Shown: positions 16,248 through 24,381 of the stretch, one piece after another
Position numbering within the stretch: the first letter of the stretch is position 1
Layout: each line of letters opens with the position of its first letter
Translations under genes and position numbers: made by a program
The notes under the pieces: model-generated
Databases searched by the model: none
What the model saw: only the letters and a program-made list of their open reading frames with translations
Told to the model about the DNA's origin: nothing
NCBI GenBank assembly: GCA_025923935.1
Contig: JAICFA010000003.1
Coordinates: 1-39,271 of the forward strand
DNA length: 39,271 nt
Source: Candidatus Krumholzibacteriia bacterium
GTDB lineage: Bacteria > Krumholzibacteriota > Krumholzibacteriia > WVZY01 > JAKEHA01
Direction: 5' to 3'

Positions 16248-17474
16248 ATGTGGCAATTGCTGTTCTGGCTTAGCCTCGGCCTCCTCGTCTACGTCTACGC
16301 CGGTTATCCGCTGCTCCTGGCTTTGCTGGGACGGATGCGGCGCCGTGCCACGCCGGACGCCTCTGCATTGTCGCCCTCGGTGTGCCTCGTCATTTCCGCC
16401 CACAACGAAGAAGCGGTTCTCCGCGACAAGATCGAAAACAGTCTGGGGCTGCGCTACGACGGCCGCATGGCCATCGTGGTGGCGAGCGACGGCTCGACCG
16501 ACCGCACCGACGCCATTGCGTCCGCGTACCAGGACCACGGTGTCGAGCTGTTGCGCTGGCCGGTGCGCCGCGGCAAAAGCACGGTGCTGAACGATGTCGT
16601 GCGCGAGCGGAGCGAAGACATCATCGTCTTCACCGACGCCAACTCGTTGTTCGGCGCCGACGCGATCGCGTGTTTGATCGATCACTTTCGCGCGACGAGT
16701 GTGGGTTGTGTGGTGGGCGAGCTCAAGTACGTGCGCGACGAGAGCACGGTTGGCCAGGGCGAGAGCCTGTATTGGCGCTACGAGTCGCGGGTGAAGGTGC
16801 TCGAAAGCCGGTTGGAGAGCGTGCTGGTGGCGAACGGCTCCATCTTCGCGGCGCGCCACGAGCTGGTGCGCGAGATCTACCCCGACGTCGCCAACGACTT
16901 CCAGATTCCCTTCGACGTGGCCAACCAAGGCTACGGCGTGGTGTACGAGCCGCGCGCCATCGCGATCGAGTGCTCCGCCGAGCATTGGGAAGAAGAATTC
17001 GGGCGCAAGGTGCGCATCGTGCTGCGCGGCATTACCGGATTCTCGCGCTTGCGGCCGCGCATTCGCGGCGTGCGCCTGTGGCAGTTCGTGAGCCACAAGC
17101 TGCTGCGCTGGAGCGTGGGTGCGTTCCTGCTGGTATTGCTGGCGTCGAGCATGGCGTTGGCCAGTCGCAGCACCGGCTACGCGCTGTTTCTGGCCCTCCA
17201 GCTGTTGTGCTACGTGGCGGCCGCGGCCGGTTGGGCCGTGCGGCGCCGCCCGAGTGTTCCCCGCGCGTTGTACGTGCCGTTCTACTTCACCATGGTCAAC
17301 TGGGCGGCGTTGGCCGCCATGGTGCGCTTCGTGGCGGGGGGCCGCCAGGCGGTGTGGGAAAAAGCGGCCAGCACGCGCGCCACTCCGTCGCGCGGCTTCG
17401 AGACCGGGGGCGTCGGAGCGCTGCCGGCGGCCGCGGGTGAGCGCGGCGCGCGCGGACGCTTGATCGAGAAGTAA
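16248..17474 (+). CDS. glycosyltransferase family 2 (PgaC/IcaA-like, membrane associated)
   Basis: ISAHNEE, SDGSTD, RGKS, FTDAN, ANGSIFA, EFGRKVRI, VSHKLLRW; GGGAG SD. Confidence 0.92.
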   Translation: MWQLLFWLSLGLLVYVYAGYPLLLALLGRMRRRATPDASALSPSVCLVISAHNEEAVLRDKIENSLGLRYDGRMAIVVASDGSTDRTDAIASAYQDHGVELLRWPVRRGKSTVLNDVVRERSEDIIVFTDANSLFGADAIACLIDHFRATSVGCVVGELKYVRDESTVGQGESLYWRYESRVKVLESRLESVLVANGSIFAARHELVREIYPDVANDFQIPFDVANQGYGVVYEPRAIAIECSAEHWEEEFGRKVRIVLRGITGFSRLRPRIRGVRLWQFVSHKLLRWSVGAFLLVLLASSMALASRSTGYALFLALQLLCYVAAAAGWAVRRRPSVPRALYVPFYFTMVNWAALAAMVRFVAGGRQAVWEKAASTRATPSRGFETGGVGALPAAAGERGARGRLIEK

Positions 17475-17486
17475 ACTTCAACCCTC

Positions 17487-18677
17487 ATGCTGTTTTTCTT
17501 TCAAACGCTGATTGCTTGGCGGAGGTTCATCATCGTGGGCGCGCTGGCGTCCGCGATCGTGTTGGGAGCCGTGAGCTTCGTGCTGCCGTCGTGGTATACG
17601 GCGCGCACATCCATCTTTCCTCCCGAGCCGACCATGGCGCTACCGATGTACGCCGAGGTCATGCAGCAGCTGTCCGCGCCGCTCCTCGGTCCCATCGCAA
17701 CCGGTGCTGCCCCCGAGACCATCTACATCGAGATGGTCAAGAGCCGCAGCGTAGGCGAGAAGGTCATCAACGAATTCGATCTCAAGAATCTCTACCGCTG
17801 CGATCACATCGAGGAGTGCCTCGATGAGCTGCACTCGCACATGGGATTCACGCTGCTCGAAAACGGAATCCTGATCGTAACCTTCGAGGACCGCGACCCC
17901 GAGCGTTCGGCTGCGATCGCCAACCGCATGATCGAGCTCATCGACGAGACGACGCGCGGCCTCAAGGTGACGCGCGCGGGTCGTACGCGTGCCTTCGTTG
18001 AAACGCAGGTCACGGAGCGCGAGAAGCTACTCGCCGAAGCCGAAACCGACCTCAAGGAATTCCAGGAGAAGTTCGACACCGTCGATCTCGACGAGCAACT
18101 GCGCTCGGCCATGGACATCGTGACGTCACTGTCCGCGCGTGCGATCGCGCTGGAGACCGAGATGCGCATCATGTCGCACTACACCTCCAAGAGCTCGGAG
18201 GAGTACCTACGTAAGCAGAACGAGTACAACGAGGTCGTCAGACAGATCGGGAAGCTGAAGTCCAACGGTGAGGGCGCCGCCGACCTGGATATGGTGCGGT
18301 CGTACATCCCCGCGCTCGCGGACGTTCCCGACGTGGCGCTCAAGTACATTCGCTTGAAGCGCGCGGTCGAAGTGCAGACCACCGTTTACACGATGCTGGT
18401 GAGCGAATACGAGAAGGCGCGCATTGAAGAGGCGCGCGACACGCCCGTGGTACAGGTGTTGGACCCGGCGGCCCCGCCGTCGATTCGCAGCCGGCCCAAA
18501 CGCAAGCTCTTCGTGCTGGTAGGATTCCTCGCGGGGATGGCCTGGAGCTCCTGCGTGGCGATGTTTTCGACCGCGTGGCGGGAGAACCGCGGGAAGTCCG
18601 CCGACGTTCGGCGCCTGCTGGAGCCGGTGACCGAAGACTTGAGTCGCGTGCGACGCCGTCGCGTCAAGACGCCGTGA
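17487..18677 (+). CDS. polysaccharide co-polymerase / chain-length determinant (Wzz/GumC-like, no kinase domain)
   Basis: TM, then P.WYTA...SRSV, a long coiled-coil periplasmic part, VQVLDPAAPP..SRPKR and a second TM. Confidence 0.88.
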   Translation: MLFFFQTLIAWRRFIIVGALASAIVLGAVSFVLPSWYTARTSIFPPEPTMALPMYAEVMQQLSAPLLGPIATGAAPETIYIEMVKSRSVGEKVINEFDLKNLYRCDHIEECLDELHSHMGFTLLENGILIVTFEDRDPERSAAIANRMIELIDETTRGLKVTRAGRTRAFVETQVTEREKLLAEAETDLKEFQEKFDTVDLDEQLRSAMDIVTSLSARAIALETEMRIMSHYTSKSSEEYLRKQNEYNEVVRQIGKLKSNGEGAADLDMVRSYIPALADVPDVALKYIRLKRAVEVQTTVYTMLVSEYEKARIEEARDTPVVQVLDPAAPPSIRSRPKRKLFVLVGFLAGMAWSSCVAMFSTAWRENRGKSADVRRLLEPVTEDLSRVRRRRVKTP

Positions 18678-20029
18678 GCACCTCCGCCATGCGCGACCGC
18701 GCGACGCATTTCGGCGTCGCGCTCTTGCCCGTCCTCCTCTTCGTCGCGCTCCATTTTTTCGGCTACATAAAGTTTGCCCGCCTGGGAGCGATCGCGGTTG
18801 TGGCCCTGGTGGCTGGTGCGGTCGCATTCGTCCGGCCCCGGTGGGGGCTGTGGGGTCTTCTCTTCTATGTGTACTCCGGGGTTGGACTCTTCCTTCCGGT
18901 GAACCTCGCCGCTCCACTGCTCGGTATCGTGGTGGGATCGGTTCTGCTCGAATTGGTGCGGGGGAGTTCGCTTCGCCTGCCCGGCACGTTCTTCTGGGTG
19001 TCGGTCGGCTTGTTCATTCTGGCCGCTTTGAACTCCACGGTGCTTGCGCACGACATGGCTGCCTCGCTCCTCGAGCTGGGAGCGTTTCTCAAGGTGCTCA
19101 TCGTCATCCTGCTCACCGTCCATCTCGTTCGCACGCCGGAGCAACTTCGCACCACCGCCTACGTGGTCTTCGCGGGTGCGGTGTGCACGATCGTCCTGGG
19201 GATGCTCGCTGTCGCGACCGGCTTCGAAAGCGCGGGCGAGAACTTCATCTCCGGCGTGCGCGTGATGCGTTTCACCGGTGCCCATGTCGACCCCAACAAG
19301 GCGGCCGCGTACATGTGCACCGCGGTGCCCCTGGGATTCTTCGCGCTGCGGCACTGCCAGAACCGCATCGCCCGCGTCGTTTTCATTCTGGGGACGATCG
19401 CACTGGTCGTCGCCGTGTTCGCAACCTTCTCCCGCGGTGCGATCGTGTCGATGACGGCGGTGTTGGTGGGGATGGTCATCTACGAAGTGCGCAGCAGGCG
19501 CTCGTTCGCCGTCGCCGCACTAGTTCTCGCCGCCGGAGTTGCACTAGCCCCGCGCTACTACTTTGCCCGTCTCACGGGTCTGTCCTCGGCGTTCGAAAAC
19601 ACGACGCAAGACTGGTCGGTTTACACGCGCATGCTCGCGTTGCGAACGGCGTGGGAGATGTTCTTGGACCATCCGTTGACGGGTGTGGGGTTGGGCAACT
19701 TCCTTACCGGCTCCGCGTCGCAGCTGTTCGTGCGCATCGTCGTCCACAACACCTACGTCGAAATCCTAACGGCGACCGGGATCCTGGGGTTCTTCTGGTT
19801 TTTGGGAATCATCGGGTCGGGCGTTCGTGACGCCATCGCCGGCGCGCGGCAGCGCTGGGCGTCCCAGCCGGCCTGGATGCGCGCGCTGTCCTATTACACC
19901 GCACTCTCCGCGCTCTCCATCGGCCTGAGCGCCGCCTTCTTGAGCATGCCGTTTCGCTACCCGCTCTGGATTCCGGTCGCGATGGGGCTGGTCGTTGGCC
20001 GCCTGTTGAAGACCGAAAAGACCGCCTAA
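18674..20029 (+). CDS. O-antigen ligase / Wzy polymerase family protein
   Basis: GTG overlaps the wzz stop. DPN, TFSRG, MFLDHPLTGVGLGNF, VHNTYVEILTATGILG; multi-TM. Confidence 0.88.
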   Translation: MSTSAMRDRATHFGVALLPVLLFVALHFFGYIKFARLGAIAVVALVAGAVAFVRPRWGLWGLLFYVYSGVGLFLPVNLAAPLLGIVVGSVLLELVRGSSLRLPGTFFWVSVGLFILAALNSTVLAHDMAASLLELGAFLKVLIVILLTVHLVRTPEQLRTTAYVVFAGAVCTIVLGMLAVATGFESAGENFISGVRVMRFTGAHVDPNKAAAYMCTAVPLGFFALRHCQNRIARVVFILGTIALVVAVFATFSRGAIVSMTAVLVGMVIYEVRSRRSFAVAALVLAAGVALAPRYYFARLTGLSSAFENTTQDWSVYTRMLALRTAWEMFLDHPLTGVGLGNFLTGSASQLFVRIVVHNTYVEILTATGILGFFWFLGIIGSGVRDAIAGARQRWASQPAWMRALSYYTALSALSIGLSAAFLSMPFRYPLWIPVAMGLVVGRLLKTEKTA

Positions 20030-20065
20030 GCCCCCGGTCCGGCAACCCTTGGCGCCCGTTCCGCG

Positions 20066-20091
20066 GGAACCCGCCCGCCAATTCCTGCGTA
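20066..20091 (+). promoter_or_regulatory. ECF-sigma-type promoter (GGAACC-N16-CGTA)
   Basis: AAC-containing -35 and CGT-containing -10 at 16-nt spacing, upstream of the PDZ gene. Confidence 0.55.
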
Positions 20092-20164
20092 CAACAAGCC
20101 ACAACGACGCCGCTCGCCTGACGACGTCGAGAGATTGCGAACGCAGACTGGGAGGAAGGACGAT

Positions 20165-21130
20165 ATGAGGACCCACATAGCACGAGTGGGGCTGGCCGTG
20201 GTGGCGGTGGCGGCAGTGGTCGCCCTGAGCGCGGCCGATGCCCCCGCCAAGGATAAGAAAGCAGCCAAGACCCCCAAGGAAGTTACCGAGAAAAAGTCGG
20301 GTTACATCGGAGTTTACATGCAGGAGCTGACGGAAGACGTCCGCCAAGGCCTCGATATGGAGGTCAGCAAGGGTGTCTTGGTCAGCGGCGTCCAGGACGA
20401 CAGCCCGGCGGCTGAAGCCGGCGTGGAAGAGGGCGACGTCGTGATTTCGTTCGGCGGCAAGGACGTGGATTCGCCCGCCGAGCTGCGCGACGCGGTGAGT
20501 GCCTATCAGCCCGGGTCGCAGGCCAAGATGGAGGTCGTGCGCGACGGCAAGACCAAGGCGCTGACGCTCACCATCGGCGAGCGCAACGACAACGAGAACG
20601 AATCGTGGTACTTCAACACGCCCGACGTGCAAATCCACGGAATGGGCGACATGCACCGCGCGTTCAGCATGATCGGCGGACCGCGCCTGGGTATCGATGC
20701 GCACGAGCTCGAGAAGGACGACGACTTGTCGTCGTACTTCGGCGCCAAGGAAGGGGTGCTGGTGCTGGGCGTAGAGGACGAGTCGGTCGCGTCCGCCGCG
20801 GGTGTGAAAGCGGGCGATGTCATTACCAAGATCGGCGACGCCACGGTAACCGACGTCCGCGACCTGCGCGAAGCGGTGCGCGACTTCGACGAGGGCGATG
20901 ACTTCACCATCACGGTGGTGCGCAAGGGCAAGACGCAGTCGCTCAAGGCGACCATGGACGAGCAGGAATTCTCGTTCCACAGCGGCGGCGGGCCCGGCAA
21001 TTTCCAGTGGCACGGCCGCGCGCCGCGCGCACAGATGCGCGTCGACCGCGACCAGCTGCGCCAGGAGATCAACGACCTCAAGCGTGAGATTCGGGAGATG
21101 AAGGAGCAGCTCGAGCGCGAGGACAGCTAG
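20165..21130 (+). CDS. exported tandem PDZ-domain protein without a protease domain
   Basis: GGAGG SD; signal peptide; two HtrA-type PDZ domains (GYIGV..SPAAEAGV..GDVV; RLGI..SVASAAGVKAGDVI); C-terminal coiled coil. Confidence 0.88.
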   Translation: MRTHIARVGLAVVAVAAVVALSAADAPAKDKKAAKTPKEVTEKKSGYIGVYMQELTEDVRQGLDMEVSKGVLVSGVQDDSPAAEAGVEEGDVVISFGGKDVDSPAELRDAVSAYQPGSQAKMEVVRDGKTKALTLTIGERNDNENESWYFNTPDVQIHGMGDMHRAFSMIGGPRLGIDAHELEKDDDLSSYFGAKEGVLVLGVEDESVASAAGVKAGDVITKIGDATVTDVRDLREAVRDFDEGDDFTITVVRKGKTQSLKATMDEQEFSFHSGGGPGNFQWHGRAPRAQMRVDRDQLRQEINDLKREIREMKEQLEREDS

Positions 21131-21188
21131 CGTCCACGCCGGGCACGTGCGTACACGCGAAACCCAATAGAACGCATTCCCATTCTCC

Positions 21189-21234
21189 AAAAAGACGGGC
21201 GCTGTCGCTTCGAGCGGCGGCGCCCGTTTTATTT
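21189..21234. terminator. probable bidirectional intrinsic terminator
   Basis: AAAAAG-ACGGGCGCTGTCGCT-TCG-AGCGGCGGCGCCCGT-TTTATTT between convergent genes. Confidence 0.8.
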
Positions 21235-22302
21235 GTCTAGTAGGCTCTGGTAGAGCGAGCGCAGGACGGCAACCGGCTCGTCGGGGGAGAATCGCTCGCG
21301 GATCGCGCGCGGCCCTTCGTCGCGCGCGCGCGTGCGCAACGCCGAATCCGTAAGCGCGCGCACGATGCCTGCGGCAAGTGAATCGGGAGTTGCGTCGGGC
21401 ACCACGACACCCGTCGATCCATCGGCCACGATGGACGCGACATCGCCGACGGCGCAGGCCACCACCGGAACCCCGCAAGCGAGTGCTTCCAGCACGGCGT
21501 TGGGCAATCCCTCGAAGGTGGAGGGGAGCACGAGGCACGACATGCGCGCGATGTGCGCGGTGGCATCGTCGACAGCGCCGGTAAAGTCGACGGCGTCGCC
21601 GAGGTGGAGGTGCTCGCACAAGGCGCGCAGGTCGTGGTGCAGCGGTCCGTCACCCACGATCTGCAGGCGCGCGCCGGGAACAGCGGTGCGCACCAGAGGG
21701 AACGCGGAAACGGCCAAGTCGAAGCGCTTGATCGCAACCAGCCGCCCGACACACCCCACGATGGGAGGATTTGCCGGTGCGGCAACCTCGTGAGCTTCCG
21801 CGATGTTGCGCACCACGTGCACGCGCGCTCGCGCGACCCCCACACTGTCGATCAGATAGTCTCTGCCGGCCATCGAATTCACGACGACCGCCTCGCTGCG
21901 ACGGTGCATCCATCCCAACACCCGCGCGCGCACACCCGTCAATCGCAAGCGGTCGCTCTGCAGCGACAACACCGCCGGTTTGTGCAGTCGGCGCGCGGAC
22001 ACAAAGGCGTACACGTTCGACGCGTCCAGGAAGCCGTGGACGATGTCCACGCCGTCGGCGGCGAGCGCACGGGTGAGGGCGTGCAAGCGTGCCACGTCGA
22101 AACCAGAACGGCGCTGCAACACGGTCACCGGGATTCCGCGTCCCTTCAGCGCCGATCCGTGCGGGTTCTCGATCGAGGAAAGCACATAGACTCGCACGTC
22201 CACATGCGGACGCAGCGCGCTCGCGAGCATCACCAGCTGTTTCTGGGCGCCGCCGTGACCGAGATCATCGATGACGAAGGCGACAGACGGGGTTCGGACC
22301 AT
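21229..22302 (-). CDS. glycosyltransferase family 4 (GT-B)
   Basis: GGAQKQL, VGRLVAIK, VGDGP, EGLPNAVLEALACGVPVV (EX7E). ATG at 22302. Confidence 0.92.
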   Translation of the reverse strand: MVRTPSVAFVIDDLGHGGAQKQLVMLASALRPHVDVRVYVLSSIENPHGSALKGRGIPVTVLQRRSGFDVARLHALTRALAADGVDIVHGFLDASNVYAFVSARRLHKPAVLSLQSDRLRLTGVRARVLGWMHRRSEAVVVNSMAGRDYLIDSVGVARARVHVVRNIAEAHEVAAPANPPIVGCVGRLVAIKRFDLAVSAFPLVRTAVPGARLQIVGDGPLHHDLRALCEHLHLGDAVDFTGAVDDATAHIARMSCLVLPSTFEGLPNAVLEALACGVPVVACAVGDVASIVADGSTGVVVPDATPDSLAAGIVRALTDSALRTRARDEGPRAIRERFSPDEPVAVLRSLYQSLLDK

Positions 22303-22309
22303 GGGCGGG

Positions 22310-22315
22310 ATTCTA
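22310..22315 (-). promoter_or_regulatory. -10 (TAGAAT) 7 nt before the GT4 ATG; probable leaderless promoter
   Basis: Minus strand reads TAGAATcccgcccATG, with no SD. Confidence 0.55.
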
Positions 22316-22350
22316 GGGGAACGCGGCGAGAGTCGGCCACATCTCTTCTG

Positions 22351-22379
22351 TTGGGGCAAATTCGCCGGCGTGGTAGAGT
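22351..22379 (+). promoter_or_regulatory. putative promoter TTGGGG-N17-TAGAGT (TGn-extended)
   Basis: TGGTAGAGT at 22371-22379, upstream of the GT at 22419. Confidence 0.4.
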
Positions 22380-22418
22380 GCGCGCAACGCGCGTTGCGCG
22401 CCTTGCTCACGAACACGC

Positions 22419-23582
22419 ATGAACGTGGTTTGGTTTGCCGAGATTAAGTGGGATTACTTGCGCACGCGCAAGCAGCACCTCGTGCTGCGGCGGCCGCAGG
22501 GAGTCGAGGTCGTCTTTTTCGAGCCGTATGTGCGCGGGCGTGCGAACCGCCATGACTTGCGCTCCGTCGACGGCATCCATGCCGCCACCATTCCCCTGGT
22601 CAAATCGATTCCTGGGCGCGGACCGCTGCGCGCCCTCCTCGACGTGGGGAGTATTCGCAACGCGATCGATGCGCGCGCACTCGGGCGTGCGCGCCGGCTG
22701 CTGGCGCTTGCGAACGTCGATCCCAAGGCCAGCACCTTCGTCGTCTCCAACATCTACGCGCTGCACGTGGCGCAATCGCTGGCGCCGCGCCGACTGGTGT
22801 ACGACTGCAACGACGCGCACAGCGATTTTCCCGGTGCGCCGGCGTGGGCGCGCGCGTATCGCGACGGCCTGTTTCGCGCGGCCGATGCGGTGGTGGTGAG
22901 TGCGGAGCGCTTGCGCGCGGATGCGGTGGCGGCGCGCGCATCCGACGCTGGCGTGCACGTCGTCGGTAACGGCGTCGATTTTGCGGCGTTTCGCAGTGCC
23001 GCCGCCAAACCGGACCATCACGCCGCGGGCGATGCGGTCCGCATCGGCTACTTGGGTGCCATCGCGCCCTGGTTCGACTTCGCGCTCATCGCGGCACTCG
23101 CGCGCGCGCGGCCGCTGTGGTCGTTCGAGCTGGTGGGGCCGGTGATGGGTGGGGTGGACATGGACCTGGCCGCGTTGCTGACCCTCAAGAACGTTCGCCA
23201 CCGTCCGGCCGTGCCGCACGAGCGCGTGCCCGACGTTCTCCTCGATTTCACCGTGGGATTGATTCCGTTTCGCAAGAGCGAGCTCACCGCGGCCGTCAAT
23301 CCCAACAAGCTGTACGAGTATCTCGCCGTCGGTGTGCCCACCGTGGCCACCGCATTCTCGCCGGAAGTCGCGCGCTACGCGCGCTCAGAAAACGGAGCCC
23401 CGGCGGTGGTGGCGATCGCGGACGACGCCAACGCCATGGCCAAGGCGTGCGAGGTTTTTGTGGCCGCGCGGCGCGACCCGGGTGCGCGCGCGCAATTGGA
23501 AGGTGCCGCGGTGGCGGTGGCCGCCGCGCACGACTGGAGTACCATCGCGCGCGAGTTCTGGCGCGTCGTTCAAACCGACTAG
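22419..23582 (+). CDS. GT-B glycosyltransferase (GT4, TuaH-like)
   Basis: W..LRTRKQHL, VYDCNDAH, NGVD, GYLGAIAPWFD, NPNKLYEYLAVGVP. Confidence 0.88.
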   Translation: MNVVWFAEIKWDYLRTRKQHLVLRRPQGVEVVFFEPYVRGRANRHDLRSVDGIHAATIPLVKSIPGRGPLRALLDVGSIRNAIDARALGRARRLLALANVDPKASTFVVSNIYALHVAQSLAPRRLVYDCNDAHSDFPGAPAWARAYRDGLFRAADAVVVSAERLRADAVAARASDAGVHVVGNGVDFAAFRSAAAKPDHHAAGDAVRIGYLGAIAPWFDFALIAALARARPLWSFELVGPVMGGVDMDLAALLTLKNVRHRPAVPHERVPDVLLDFTVGLIPFRKSELTAAVNPNKLYEYLAVGVPTVATAFSPEVARYARSENGAPAVVAIADDANAMAKACEVFVAARRDPGARAQLEGAAVAVAAAHDWSTIAREFWRVVQTD

Positions 23583-23592
23583 GAGGTCTGCC

Positions 23593-24267
23593 ATGAACGC
23601 TTTGAAGCGCTTGGTCTGGATATTCACCTCGCCCCAGCGCGTGTTCGACGACATTCGCGACGGACGGGTGAGCTGGGTACAGCCTTGGCTCGTCGGTTCG
23701 GTCTTCTACGCCATCATCACCTGGTTTGCCATGCCCATTCAGACCGCGGTCCTGCAAGCGAGCACCGAGATGACGAGCGAGCAGATCGACCAGCAGGTCG
23801 CGATGATCCAGAAGTTCGGCTTCGTCTGGGTGCTGCTCGCACCGGTGGGTATGTTCGTCATCACCTTCATTGTGGCCGGTATTTCGTATGTGACGGTGGC
23901 GATGGCGTCGCGCGCCGCCAGCTTCAAGAAATACCTCACCCTCTCCTTCTTCACCGGCATCGTGGGGATGATGGGGCAGCTCATCACCTGCATTATCGTG
24001 CGCATGCGCGGGCTGGATAACATCGAGGGGCCGGAAGACGCCCGCATCGGCCTGAGCCTGCGCGCGCTCGCACCCGACAGTGCCGTGGCCCGCGGCATCT
24101 TGGGGAGCTTCGAGTTCTTTGCGATATGGAGCTTGGTATTGGTAGTGATGGGTCTCCAGCGAATCTTCGGCATGACGCGCGGCCAGGCGATCGTCACGGC
24201 GGTGGTGTTGTGGATCCTGTACGCGATTGCGACGGTGGTGGGGGAGATGACCGGTGCGATGGGGTAG
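23593..24267 (+). CDS. Yip1 family membrane protein
   Basis: AGGAGG SD; IFTSPQRVF..I...SW..P start motif; about 5 TM helices. Confidence 0.8.
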   Translation: MNALKRLVWIFTSPQRVFDDIRDGRVSWVQPWLVGSVFYAIITWFAMPIQTAVLQASTEMTSEQIDQQVAMIQKFGFVWVLLAPVGMFVITFIVAGISYVTVAMASRAASFKKYLTLSFFTGIVGMMGQLITCIIVRMRGLDNIEGPEDARIGLSLRALAPDSAVARGILGSFEFFAIWSLVLVVMGLQRIFGMTRGQAIVTAVVLWILYAIATVVGEMTGAMG

Positions 24268-24280
24268 GAGCTGTGGAGGT

Positions 24281-24310
24281 TTGACAGAGCGCATTCACGG
24301 GTGATAGAAT
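24281..24310 (+). promoter_or_regulatory. strong sigma70 promoter (TTGACA-N18-TAGAAT, TGn-extended)
   Basis: Consensus -35 and near-consensus -10 upstream of EF-G2; AGGAGGAGG SD follows. Confidence 0.75.
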
Positions 24311-24381
24311 GCCCAACCCAAAGCCTACATTAAGGTTGCAGCCGTTCTCTCGAGAGGAATCGGAATAGGAGGAGGCTCATC

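Noticed and set aside
11355-21619. Long alternative ORFs such as 11355..12887, 11981..13135, 14180..15439 and 19766..21619 (617 aa)
   Set aside because: They overlap well-supported genes on the opposite strand or in another frame, are Arg/Ala/Gly-biased, and have no domain signatures.
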